Source: Pristiophorus japonicus (taxonomy: Eukaryota). From it: a DNA stretch of 64,000 nucleotides. Of the stretch, positions 13,900 to 25,675 are shown piece after piece. How positions within the stretch are numbered: the first letter of the stretch is position 1; the number at the start of each line of letters is the position of its first letter. The stretch is taken from the NCBI RefSeq assembly GCF_044704955.1, contig NC_091999.1:50096001-50160000 (forward strand), in the 5' to 3' direction. The position numbers were made by a program, and so were the translations under genes. The notes under the pieces were generated by a model. That model did not search any database and was not told the origin of the DNA. It saw only the letters and a program-made list of their open reading frames with translations.

Positions 13900-14137
13900 T
13901 CTTTTTGAGTTTACCTGAAAAACATAAACATTAAACCGTGCCCCGCCCTGGATGACACAGCAGACATTTACAAGGTCCTTTTTTTCTTTTTTTGTGTTTT
14001 TTTTTTTGTGTTTTTCTTTTTTTTGGGGGGTTTTATTTGGGCGCAAAAATCAAATGTTTTCCAGTGTCCCCTACAAAATGGGAGGGGGACACTTAAAGCA
14101 CCGGCAATTAAAACAAATTAAACTTTAAAACGTAAAA

Positions 14138-17100
14138 TCAAATTAAAATTTGTTTGCCAGGCGTGATGATGCACTCCAGTCCCTCCAGTCCCCACCTCTC
14201 GTGGAAGGCCGCGAGCGTACCGGTGGACACCGCGTGCTCCATCTCCAAGGACACCCTGGACCGGATGTAAGAGCGGAAGAGAGGCAGGCAGTCAGGTTGA
14301 ACGACCCCCTCGACCGCCCGCTGCCTGGACCGGCTGATGGCACCCTTGGCCGTGCCCAGGAGCAGTCCTACGAGGAGGCCCTCGGACCTACCCGCTCCCC
14401 TCCGCACAGGGTGCCCAAAGATCAGGAGAGTGGGACTGAAGTGCAGCCAGAATTTCAGGAGCAGCCCCTTCAGATAATGAAACAGGGGCTGCAACCTCGT
14501 GCACTCAGTAAAAACATGGAACACGGACTCCTCCAGATCGCAGAATTTGCAGGCGGCCTGGGAGTCCGTGAACCGGCTTAAAAATTTATTGCACGGCACT
14601 GCTCCGTGCAATACCCTCCAGGCCAAGTCCCCGATGAAAAGTAGGAGGCCTCCTGCATAGAGTGCCCTCCATCGGGGACCCCCGCCTCCTCCGGACGGCA
14701 AGATGGTACGCCATGGCGTGTACGGACGGCAGGCGAGGATGGCAAAGTTGAGAGTGTGCAGGAGCAGCCCGGACAGGAAAACCCTCCGCGCGGAACTGAA
14801 AGGCACGGAGGGGATTTCCTCGAGGCGGCTCAAGTTGTGCGGCGCTGGCTCCCCAGAGAGGTTCCGGGGTTTGGCGCCGATGAGGAATTCTGTCCGGACG
14901 GGGGTCAGTTCGGACGTGATCTCCCCACGTGCTTGAGCCTCCTCGATGCACCTAACAGAGTCAGTGCCCAAAGCTGTTTTTAGCGACTCGATGGCATCGG
15001 CCTGCGCGGCAGACGTCGGCTGAATTTAGGCGCCGCGCCAGCGTGCCTGGCGCCATCCAGCCCGCTCCTCCGCCATCGAGCAAGTCCCTGACCCTGGTCA
15101 CCTCACCAGCCACAGCCCTCTCTTCCGACCACCACATAAAACCTCGGTCGTGGAGGTACGGATTCCCGAGCAACGGCTCGTGCAGGACAGCCGCCACTCC
15201 AGCCGGTGGAGAGCTGCGCTTGGTGGAGACTTTATTCCAGACCCTGATGAGTTCCTTGTAAAAGACAGGCAGCTCATGGAGGGCGGTCCTGACACCCCCC
15301 AAGTTCACAAACAGGAGCTGCGTGTCGTAATTGAGGTCGCGCTGCTGGCGGAAAAAATACGTCGCCAGAGCACACCACCTAGGAGGGGGCTCGACGTAAA
15401 GGTATCTCTGCAGGGTCTGAAGACGGAAAGTCGCGAGCTGGGTGCTGACGCACACCAACGACTGACCGCCCTCCTCAAGCGGGAGACTCAAGACCGCGGC
15501 AGAGACCCAGTTCTTCTTGTTGTTCCAGAAGAAGTCCACCAGCTTTTTCTGTATCTTGGCGACAAAGGCAGGGGGAGGGGTCAAAGTGTCCAGCCATTAC
15601 CACAACATTGCGGCCACCAGCTGGTTTATGACTAGCGCTCGACCCCTGTAGGACAGCACTCGGAGCAGTCCTGTCCAGTGAACTGGGCGAGCGGCGACCT
15701 TGGCCTCCAGCTCCTGCCAGTTCGCCGGCCAGGCTCCCTCGTCGGGGCTAAGGTAGACTCCCAGATAGAGGAGATGAGTCGTGCTCCAGACAAAAGGCCT
15801 GAGCTCCTCCGGCAGGGAGTCCACCCGCCACTGACCCACCAGGAGTCCGGAACATTTCTCCCAGTTGATCCTGGCGGAGGACGCGGCCGAGTAAATCTCC
15901 TGGCACTCACGCATCGTCCGCAGGTCAGCGGGATCCTCTACCGCGATGAGCACGTCATCGGCGTAAGCCGAGAGGACGACCTCCACGCCCGGCCCTTGCA
16001 GAGCCAGTCCCGTCAACCTCGTCCGCAAGAGGCGCAGGAAAGGCTCCACGCAAACGGCGTATAACTGGCCGGACATGGGGCATCCCTGGCGCACCCCTCT
16101 CCTAAAGCGAAGGGGTGCCGTCAAGGACCCGTTAACCTTAATCAGACACTCCGCGGCAGCGTACAAAAGTCGGATCCGGGCGACGAAATGCGTCCCGACC
16201 CCGAAAGCGCAGAGTTCCGAGCATATAGTCGTGATCCACCCTGTCGAACGCCTTCTCTTGGTCGAGAGATAAGAAGGCGACTGACAGACCAGCCTCCTGG
16301 GAAAGATGGATGAGGTCCCGGACCAGATGGATGTTGTCGTGGATTGTCCGGCCTGGGACCGTGTAGGACTGGTGGGGGTGGATAATGTGGTCCAGCACGG
16401 CACCAAGGCGAGCAGACATCGCCCTGGCGAAGATTTTGTAGTCCGTGCTGAGGTGGGAGACCGGGCGCCAATTCTTAAGGAGGCAGAGATCGCCCTTCTT
16501 AGGCAGCAGGACGATGATTGCCCTGCGCCAAGAGAGGGGCATCTCCCCGGTCGCCAGACTTTCCCCCAGGACCCGCACGTAGTCGCCCCCCCGGACGTCC
16601 CAGAACGCCCTGTGGAACTCCACGGTCAGCCCGTCCAGCCCCGGGGATTTTCCCCTCGAGAGCCGGGCGAGGGCACCGGTCAGCTCCGCCAGGCTTAGCG
16701 GAGCTTCCAGATTTTCGGCGCCCTCCAGGTTGACCTTCGACAGGTCCTCCCACAAAACTCTACGCGCTTCCTCGCTGGATGGATCCGGAGAGAACAGAGC
16801 CCCATAATATTCACGGGCCCTGTTGTTGACGCCCTCCGGATCCGAGGCGAGAGAGCCGTCGTCGGCCAGCAGCGTCAAGAGCTGCTTACGGACACACTGC
16901 CTTTTTTTCCAGCGAGTAGAAGAAGGGGGAGCCGCGGTCCAGATCCCGCAGGAACCGGATCCGCGACCTCACGAACGCGCCTCAGGACCCGACGAGCTGC
17001 AGGTCATTCAGCGCGGCCTTCTTCGCTTCGTACACCGTCCGCAGGGCCGGGTCCTAGACGACTTCACCGAGACGGGATTCCAGGTCGAGCACCTCTTTTT

Positions 17101-18026
17101 CTAGGCGCCCGACCCTGGCAGCCCGCCTCTTGGTCGACCCCCTCGCATACTCTTGACAGAAGACGTGGACGTGAGCCTTGCCCACGTCCCACCATAGCCT
17201 CAAGGAGGGGAAGCCCCCCTGCTTCCTTCTCCAGTCGGACCAGAATCGACGGAACGTGTCCTGGAACCGCACGTCCTCCAGCAGCCGGTTGTTAAATTGC
17301 CAGTACGCGGACCCCGTCCTCGCGCGGAGCGAAGCGAGCTCCGCCCACACCGGGTGGTGGTCCGAACACGGCACCGGCCGCATGGAGGCCGCCGGGACGC
17401 AAGAAACGTACGCCCGAGACACGTAAAGGAGGTCGACTCTGGACCATCCAACTCCAGGCCTCACCCAAGTAAAGGCGCTGGAGTCGGGGTGGAGATTTCG
17501 CCAGACGTCCACCAAGTCGAAGGTCCCTCAACTTTTCCATCGCCGTCATGCACTGCGGGGCACCGGAGCGGTCCCTCGCCTCGAGGGTGCAGTCAAAATC
17601 CCGCCCGAGGACAATGCAGTCGCCGACGTCGACGGAGCCAAGAAGAGCGGACACCTCTTCGAAGAAGCGCGTCTGCTGCGGGCCGGGCTGAGGGGCGTAC
17701 ACGTTCACGAGATGGAGCGGCACGTCGCCCAGGCGAACCGTTACGTGCAGCAAGCGGCCTGGCACGGGCTCCTCGACCCCCAAGATCTCCGGCTGAAAAT
17801 GCGGGCCCAGCAAGATGGCCACCCCACTAGAAGTGGCGGTGAGGTGGCTCATGTGGATCTCTCCTTGCCATTCCAGGAGCCACGTGGCTTCGTCTCCCTG
17901 AACGGTGTTGGTTTCTTGCACGAAGCACACCACATATTTCCCCTCCCGCAGGAGCGAAAAGTTGTCAAATCTACGGCGTGCCCCTCTGCCGCCGTTGATG
18001 TTGAGGCTGGCTATGGTTATCTTCAT
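14138..18026 (-). pseudogene. Tx1 copy 3 ORF2, disrupted
   Basis: Fragments 17292-18044 (APE), 16138-16878, 15597-16406 (YADD), 14961-15584 and 14138-14971 (CKFC..HVFTEC). Confidence 0.9.
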
Positions 18027-18052
18027 GGCAAAAGCATAGTGCAACCTCTACC

Positions 18053-21000
18053 TTAACCTATTGTGGTGGAGGGAGCGGAGTCTTTTGTTGAACTCCACTC
18101 CCTCCGCAGCCCAGCGAGGAGTCCCTCGAGCTCGCGCTTCTCAAGGTGTTGCATAGAAACATAGAAACATAGAAAATAGGTGCAGGACCAGGCCATTCAG
18201 CCCTTCTAGCCTGCACCGCCATTCAATGAGTTCATGGCTGAACATGAAATTTCAGTACCCCCTTCCTGCTTTCTCGCCATAACCCTTGATCCCCCGAGTA
18301 GTAAGGATTTCATCTAACTCCCTTTTCAATATATTTAGTGAATTGGCCTCAACAACTTTCTGTGGTAGAGAATTCCACAGGTTCACCACTCTCTGGGTGA
18401 AGAAGTTTCTCCTCATCTCGGTCCTAAATGGCTTACCCCTTATCCTCAGACTGTGACCCCTGGTTCTGGACTTCCCCAACTTTGGGTTCATTCTTCCTGC
18501 ATCTAACCAGACTAAACCCGTCAGAATTTTAAACGTTTCTATGAGGTCCCCTCTCATTCTTCTGAACTCCAGTGAATACAAGCCCAGTTGATCCAGTCTT
18601 TCTTGATAGGTCAGTCCCGCCATCCCGGGAATCAGTCTGGTGAATCTTCGCTGCACTCCCTCAATAGCAAGAATGTCCTTCCCCAAGTTAGGAGACCAAA
18701 ACTGTACACAATACTCCAGGTGTGGCCTCACCAAGGCCTGTACAACTGCAGCAACACCTCCCTGCCCCTGTATTCAAATCCCCTCGCTATGAAGGCCAAC
18801 ATGCCATTTGCTTTCTTAACCGCCTGCTGTACCTGCATGCTAACCTTCAATGACTGATGTACCATGACACCCAAGTCTCGTTGCACCTTCCCTTTTCCTA
18901 ATCTGTCACCATTCAGATAATAGTCTGTCTCTTTGTTTTTACCACCAAAGTGGATAACCTCACATTTATCCACATTATACTTCATCTGCCATGCATTTGC
19001 CCACTCACCTAACCTATCCAAGTCACTCTGCAGCCTAATAGCATCCTCCTCGCAGCTCACACTGCCACCCAACTTAGTGTCATCCGCAAATCTGGAGATA
19101 CTGCATTTAATCCCCTCGTCTGAATCATTAATGTACAATGTAAACAGCTGGCGTCCCAGCACAGAACCTTGCGGCACCCCACTAGTCACTGCCTGCCATT
19201 CTGAAAAGTACGCGTTTACTCCTACTCTTTGCTTCCTATCTGACAACCAGTTCTCAATCCACGTCAGCACACTACCCCCAATCCCATGTGCTTTAACTTT
19301 GCACATTAATCTCTTTTGTGGGACCTTGTCGAAAGCCTTCTGAAAGTCCAAATATACCACATCAACTGGTTCTCCTTTGTCCACTTTACTGGAAACATCC
19401 TCAAAAAATTCCAGAAGATTTGTAAGCATGATTTCCCTTTCACAAATCCATGTCACCATTTTCCAGATGCACTGCTATGACATCCTTAATAATTGATTCC
19501 ATCATTTTACCCACTACTGAGGTCAGACTGACCGGTCTATAATTCCCTGTTTTCTCTCTCCTTCCTTTTTTAAAAAGTGGGGTTACATTGGCTACCCTCC
19601 ACTCCATAGGAACTGAACAAGAATCAATGGAATGTTGGAAAATGACTGTCAATGCATCCGCTATTTCCAAGGCCACCTCCTTAAGTACTCTGGGATGCAG
19701 TCCATCAGGCCCTGGGGATTTATCGGCCTTCAATCCCATCAATTTCCCCAACACAATTTCCCGACTAATAAAGATTTCCCTCAGTTCCCCCTCCTTACTA
19801 GACCCTCTGACCCCTTTTATATCCGGAAGGTTTTTTGTATCCTCCTTAGTGAATACCGAACCAAAGTACTTGTTCAATTGGTCTGCCATTTCTTTGTTCC
19901 CCGTTATGATTCCCCTGATTCTGACTGCAGGGGACCTACGTTTGTCTTTACTAACCTTTTTCTCTTTACATACCTATAGAAACTTTTGCAATCCACCTTA
20001 ATGTTCCCTGCAAGCTTCTTCTCGTACTCTATTTTCCCTGCCCTAATCAAACCCTTTGTCCTCCTCTGCTGAGTTCTAAATTTCTCCCAATCCCCAGGTT
20101 CGCTGCTATTTCTGTCCAATTTGTATGCCACTTCCTTGGCTTTAATACTATCCCTGATTTCCCTAGATAGCCACGGTTGAGCCACCTTCCCTTTTTTATA
20201 TTTACGCCAGACAGGAATGTACAATTGTTGTAATTCATCCATGCGGTCTCTAAATGTATGCCATTGCCCATCTACAGCCATCCCCCTAAGTATCATTCGC
20301 CAATCTATCCTAGCCAATTCACGCCTCATACCTTCAAAGTTACCCTTCTTTAAGTTCTGGACCATGGTCTCTGAATTTACTGTTTCATTCTCCATCCTAA
20401 TGCAGAAATCCACCATATTATGATCACTCTTCCCCAAGGGGCCTCGCACAATGAGATTGCTAATTAATCCTCTCTCATTACACAACACCCAGTCTAAGAT
20501 GGCCTACCCCTAGTTGGTTCCTCAACATATTGGTCTAGAAAACCATCCCTTATGCACTCCAGGAAATCCTCCTCCACCGTATTGCTTCCGGTTTGGCTAG
20601 CCCAATCTATGTGCATATTAAAGTCACCCATTATAACTGCTACACCTTGATTGCATGCACCCCTAATTTCCTGTTTGATGCCCTCCCCACCATCCCTATT
20701 ACTGTTTGGAGGTCTGTACACAACTCCTACTAACGTTTTTTGCCCTTTGGTGTTCTGCAGCTCTACCCATATAGATTCCACATCATCCAAGCTAATGTCT
20801 TTCCTAACTATTGCATTAATCTCCTCTTTAACCAACAATGCTACCCCACCTCCTTTTCCTTTTATTCTATCCTTCCTGAATGTTGAATACCCCTGAATGT
20901 TGAGTTCCCAGCCCTGATCATCCTGGAGCCACGTCTCCGTAATCCCAATCACATCATATTTATTAACATCTATTTGCACAATTAATTCATCCACCTTATT

Positions 21001-23363
21001 GCGGATACTCCTTGCATTAAGACACAAAGCCTTCAGGCTTGTTTTTTTAACACCCTTTGTCCTTTTAGAATTTTGCTGTACAGTGGCCCTTTTTGTTCTT
21101 TGCCTTGGGTTTCTCCGCCCTCCACTTTTCCTCATCTCCTTTCTGTCTTTTGCTTTTGCCTCCTTTTTGTTTCCCTCTGTCTCACTGCATTGGTTCCCAT
21201 CCCCCTGCCATATTAGTTTAAATCCTCCCCAACAGCACTAGCAAACACTCCCCCTAGGACATTGGTTCCGGTCCTGCCCAGGTGCAGACCGTCGGGTTTG
21301 TACTGGTCCCACCTCCCCCAGAACCGGTCCCAATGCCCCAGGAATTTGAATCCCTCCCTGCTGCACCACTGCTCAAGCCTTTGTCAAGGGCCCGCCCGCG
21401 GTCACGGTTTTACCCGCGACGCGGACGGACCCCTTGATCGCTCTGGCTCGTACCATTTTTCCAGGGCCAGTCGGGCTTGGTTGCAGCAACCCCGGCTCTG
21501 GACCAAAAAGTCCCGGAGTTCCTTTGCAGGAATGAGGAGGGTCTCAGCGGAGGCCGCGAGCAGATCCACCGCCTCCCTGGCGGTGGTCTCTAAATCTTCT
21601 CTGGTGTCCCCCACCGAGTCCCCGTCCTCCGGGAGGTGGCCGCCAGCAGCCGGCCCATCGACCGCACAAGGTACGGCAAATGACCCGGCCGCTCCAACTG
21701 GCCCTTTCTCTGCCCCGATCCCACCCTCAGGATCGTCGGCAGAGGAGTCCCCACTGGGCTCTTTTAAAAATGGTGCTGGGTCGGGAAACGACAGCGGAAG
21801 GGGTTCCCCCTCCGCCCCAGGAACCGGGGAACAAGGAGGGACCCGGCCATAGGAAATCCCCAGGCCCTCCATGTGCCCCAGCTCCAAAGTAGGGGGCGAG
21901 AGTAGGTGTTCCTCGCCCCCCCCCCCGCAGCCACCCCCCGGCACAGCAAGTACAGTGTTGTTAAATTTTTGGGTTTCGGTTTCTGCCGGGTCGACCGACT
22001 CCCGGGGGAAGTTGGATAATAGCTGGGCGGGCTCAGGTTTGGCCTTTTCGGCTCCTCCCGCCTCAGTCCCCGGGATGCCCGGCCCGGCGGCAAAGCATTC
22101 CTCCGCTGGCCCCACGCCCCCCACGATGGGCAGATCTTCCACGCCATCCCCGGGAGGCAGAGGCTGGGCAGCCTCCCCGGGAACATACTCCTCCCGCCTA
22201 CGGCGCAGTTTGGGGGGGCTGGTGGGGGACGCGGGACACGCGGCGGGCACCGACTCCTCTGCGAAGGGATGTTGTTCCCCCTCCACCTCATCGGAGCGGC
22301 GCCTCCTTTTGTTCCTGGTGGTGCGCGGAGGCAGGAAGACCTCCATGTTTGCCGAGGCCTCCCGCTCCACACCCCCCTTTTTCTTCTCTTGCCCGCGCCC
22401 GTGCCCCTCTGTGATACTGGTCAAGGGCTCGGGCACGGGCTCAGGGCACCCCGCGCTCGCCGGTGACTAGGTTGGGCTGAGCGCGGTGAACAGCTTGTCT
22501 GGCGCGCTAAGGGGACCCACCTCTAGGTGTTTCGCCTTGTTCCGCGCCTTCTTTCCAGCCGGACGCTCTCCCTCCCCCCCGCCGGAGGCCGTGAAAACAA
22601 AGGCCCCCGACGATGCCCGCGCACCTACGGCTCCCGGCACGCGGACGCTACTAGGGGGAGGGGTGGCGGCGGCGCCAGCCTTGGCCGCCCTCGGTGGTTT
22701 GGCAGCTTTAGAGGCGGAGCAATTCTTGCGAACGTGTACCACCTCCCTGCAGGCATGGCACCGCACGCCGTCCGACGTGCAAAAGACGCGGTAGGCAGTC
22801 CCCTCATGCAACACATTAAAATTGCCCACTGTCGTCTCTTCCCACGCTAGCCGGACAAAGAGCTGGTGGCGGAAGGAGAACACATGGCGCAGGCTGTTCT
22901 CCCTGAGGCCAAGCGGTATGGGGTTGATCCCCGACCTTACCTCCCCCAGTTGGTGTAGGTGAGGGAGGAGGAGCTCAGCGGGAACAAAGGGCGGGACATT
23001 AGATATAATGACCCTCTGCGCGGTGGCCTCGAGAGGGTCCACCGGCAGGAACGTCCCGCCCACCGTGAGCCCCTTTTGAATGGCCAGGGACACCGCCAGC
23101 TCCGACCCCAGGAAGAACACGGCCTTCCCAGTCATCTTGGAGGCTGCGACAATGGCCGAGGGTCCGACTATCCCAGCCATCGCCCGCACGCACTCCTCGA
23201 TGCTGATTGTGGGGTGAGTGTAGCTCTTGACCCCGTGTTTCTTCGTAATAAGTGTGAAAGGTGGCAGGGCAGCGGCTGGCGCAGGAGGTGCCGTGGAAGC
23301 GGTTGCCACCTGCGCATATGTCTTCGCTGGCCCTGCCACCGGCGTGGATGGGGTCGCCATCAC
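18053..23363 (-). pseudogene. Tx1 copy 3 ORF1, split by the CR1 insertion
   Basis: Fragments 22467-23363 and 21402-22436; the last ~100 bp lie at 18053-18152. Confidence 0.85.
18153..21376 (-). mobile_element. CR1 LINE, 5'-truncated in ORF1, nested in Tx1 copy 3
   Basis: (TTTCTATG)n tail at 18153, RT (DFQKAFDKVP, GVPQGSVLG, FADD), APE (CLNARSIRNK, GITETW) and ORF1 esterase end (DGLHL). Tx1 sequence resumes at 21377. Confidence 0.93.
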
Positions 23364-24314
23364 GGGGTCCCTTTAAGGGCTACACCCACCCCAAAGTCAC
23401 AGCCCTTAATGGTCTTAATTGGCCTCGTATCTAAAGACTGAGCAGAGGAGCTCTTAACGAGGCACACCTCTCCCCTAGTTGGCAATTGGGGAGGGGCCTT
23501 GCTCCCTCTGCTCAGTTGTTTTATTTTTTGGTTTTTTATATTAAAATTAGGAGGAAAGGGCTCTCAGAGAGAGAGGGGAGAGACAGAGAGAGAGAGATAG
23601 AGTCAGGGGGTGCGGGAAAGAGGGAGGCTGCGAGGACAGGTCTCCCCTCACAGCAATGGGTGGGTGCACTCCCCAGATGGAAAAGAAAGCAAAAACACAG
23701 TCTTTGGGGTGGTCTTCGGGTTGGGAGAGAAGATGTCTTCACCTGGAGCAGCTAGAGCCAACCAGGCACACACTCCCAACGATGTTCAAAGGTGTGTTTA
23801 AACAATCTTCAGCCTGGTAGCTTCAGCTATCCCAGGCTAGGCAATGGCTGGGGGGGGGGGGGTTCAATTGTGTGTGGGGCCTAGTTGTAAGCAAGGCCCC
23901 CACGCACACTTCCACACACTCACCCCCCCCCCGCGATGTTCCGGCCCTCAGTGGTCTTCTTTCCTCCCCCCACCGATACAACAAAGTCTATTGGGGAATG
24001 CACCAAAACACACCCACTTGTCGAAGATGTAGAAATGACTCTCCCTCCTTCCACACTGGATGGGGTTCCTCAGGTTGTTCTTTCCCCCTCTCTCCAACTC
24101 TCTGTAGTTGTAATAAATGGTTAAATTGTTCAACTCTCCTCCTTTCCCTCCGGATGTTGAATGGGTAGCAAGCTAGCCCTTCCCTTCTTCTCTTCCTGGG
24201 CTGGTCTCAGGGCTCACTCCAGGCCTTCCAAACAGGAGCAAAGTTGGTAGCTGCTTCTCTCACTGCTCACACAGCCAACTGTGCAGGACACGCCTCCATT
24301 GCTCCACGATTGGT

Positions 24315-25012
24315 TCCTTGTGCATGAAGCCCAAAAAGTTAGTTTGCAGGTGCAGCAGATAATCAGGAAGGCAAATGGAATGTTGGCCTTCATTGCAAGA
24401 GGGATGGAGTACAAAAGCAGGGAGGTCCTGCTGCAACTGTATCGGGTATTGTTGAGGCCGCACCTGGAGTACTGCGTGCAATTTTGGTCACCTTACTTAA
24501 GGAAGGATATACTAGCTTCGGAGGGAGTGCAGAGACGATTCATTAGGCTGATTCCGGAGATGAGGGGTTTACCTTATGATGATAGATTGAGTAGACTGGG
24601 ACTTTTCTCGTTGGAGTTCAGAAGGATGAGGGGTGATCTTATAGAAATATTTAAAATAATGAAAGGGATAGACAAGATAGAGGCAGAGAGGTTGTTTCCA
24701 CTGGTTGGGAAGATTAGAACTAGGGGGGCACAGCCTCAAAATATGGGGGAGCCAATTTAAAACTGAGTTGAGAAGGAATTTCTTCTCCCAGCGGGTTGTG
24801 AATCTGTGGAATTCTCTGTCCAAGGAAGCAGTTGAGGCTCGCTCATTGAATGTATTCAAACCACAGATAGATAGATCTTTAACCAATAAGGGAATTAAGG
24901 GTTATGGGGAGCGGGCGGGTAAGTGGAGCTGAGTCCACGGCCAGATCAGCCATGATCTTATTGAATGGTGGAGCAGGCTCGAGAGGCCAGATGGTCTACT
25001 CCTGTTCCTAAT
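24315..25012 (+). mobile_element. CR1 LINE 3' part; host of the Tx1 array
   Basis: Begins at TCCTTGTGCATGAA and reads LVHEAQKVSLQVQQIIRKANGMLAFIARG...RPHLEYCVQFWSP through to a CR1 3'UTR. Confidence 0.92.
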
Positions 25013-25409
25013 TATTATATTATTTTGTACCTTCAGCAGGCCAATAATGATGGAGCCCATTCGGCCAGGAATAGGGGCGGCGCGCTTCGGGCCCCTCCCA
25101 CACAGCCTGCAGAGCACACGCAGAGATTCTGGGGCGAGGAGCTACTGCACATGTGCGTACACTCTAGCGCGCATGTGCAGAGGTCCTGGCACTGTTTTCT
25201 GCACTGGTACCTGGCTCCGCCTCCATCGAGGAGAGGCTGGGGAGCGGCCAAACACGGCCTAAAGATGTTTGGTGCCCTAATTGGTGTAGAAAAGCGGCGC
25301 ACTTCTGGTGAGTTCTCCATAAATCTCTATTGGCCAAATTTAGGCCCCAAGAGTGGGACTGTTTTAAATTGACCAATTTAGCACTTTTTTCTCACCAATG
25401 TGCGCGCTC

Positions 25410-25675
25410 CCTTCAAATCTGCTGCACGGTGATTCTTCCAGCGGTGGTAACTGGTGAGCGGTCCCTTTAAATCAGCTGCACGGTGTCTCTTCCAGCGTAG
25501 GGAGCTGGTGACCCTGTCCCTTTAAATCTGCTGCACAGTGTCTCTTCCAGCGGTGGGAGCTGGTGAGCGATCCCTTTAAATCAGATGCACGGTGTCTCTT
25601 CCAGCGGTGTGAGCTGGTGAGCGGTCCCTTTAAATCTGCTGCACAGTGTCTCTTCCAGCGATGGGAGCTGGTGAG
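25410..25675. repeat. 54 bp minisatellite type A, ~5 units
   Basis: Unit CCCTTTAAATCTGCTGCACGGTGTCTCTTCCAGCGGTGGGAGCTGGTGAGCGGT. Confidence 0.9.

Larger units (their letters stand above)
13900..24314 (-). mobile_element. Tx1-clade non-LTR retrotransposon, copy 3, interrupted by a CR1
   Basis: Collinear with copies 1 and 2 after removing 18153-21376. The 5' terminus abuts CR1 RT-coding sequence at 24315. Confidence 0.93.

Noticed and set aside
113-23441. Many plus-strand ORFs over the Tx1 copies
   Set aside because: Antisense shadows of GC-rich coding sequence; boundaries vary between copies and no domains are recognisable.
24281-24760. 159 aa ORF spanning the Tx1/CR1 junction
   Set aside because: Chance fusion of the antisense Tx1 terminus with a CR1 RT fragment, with a non-ATG start.
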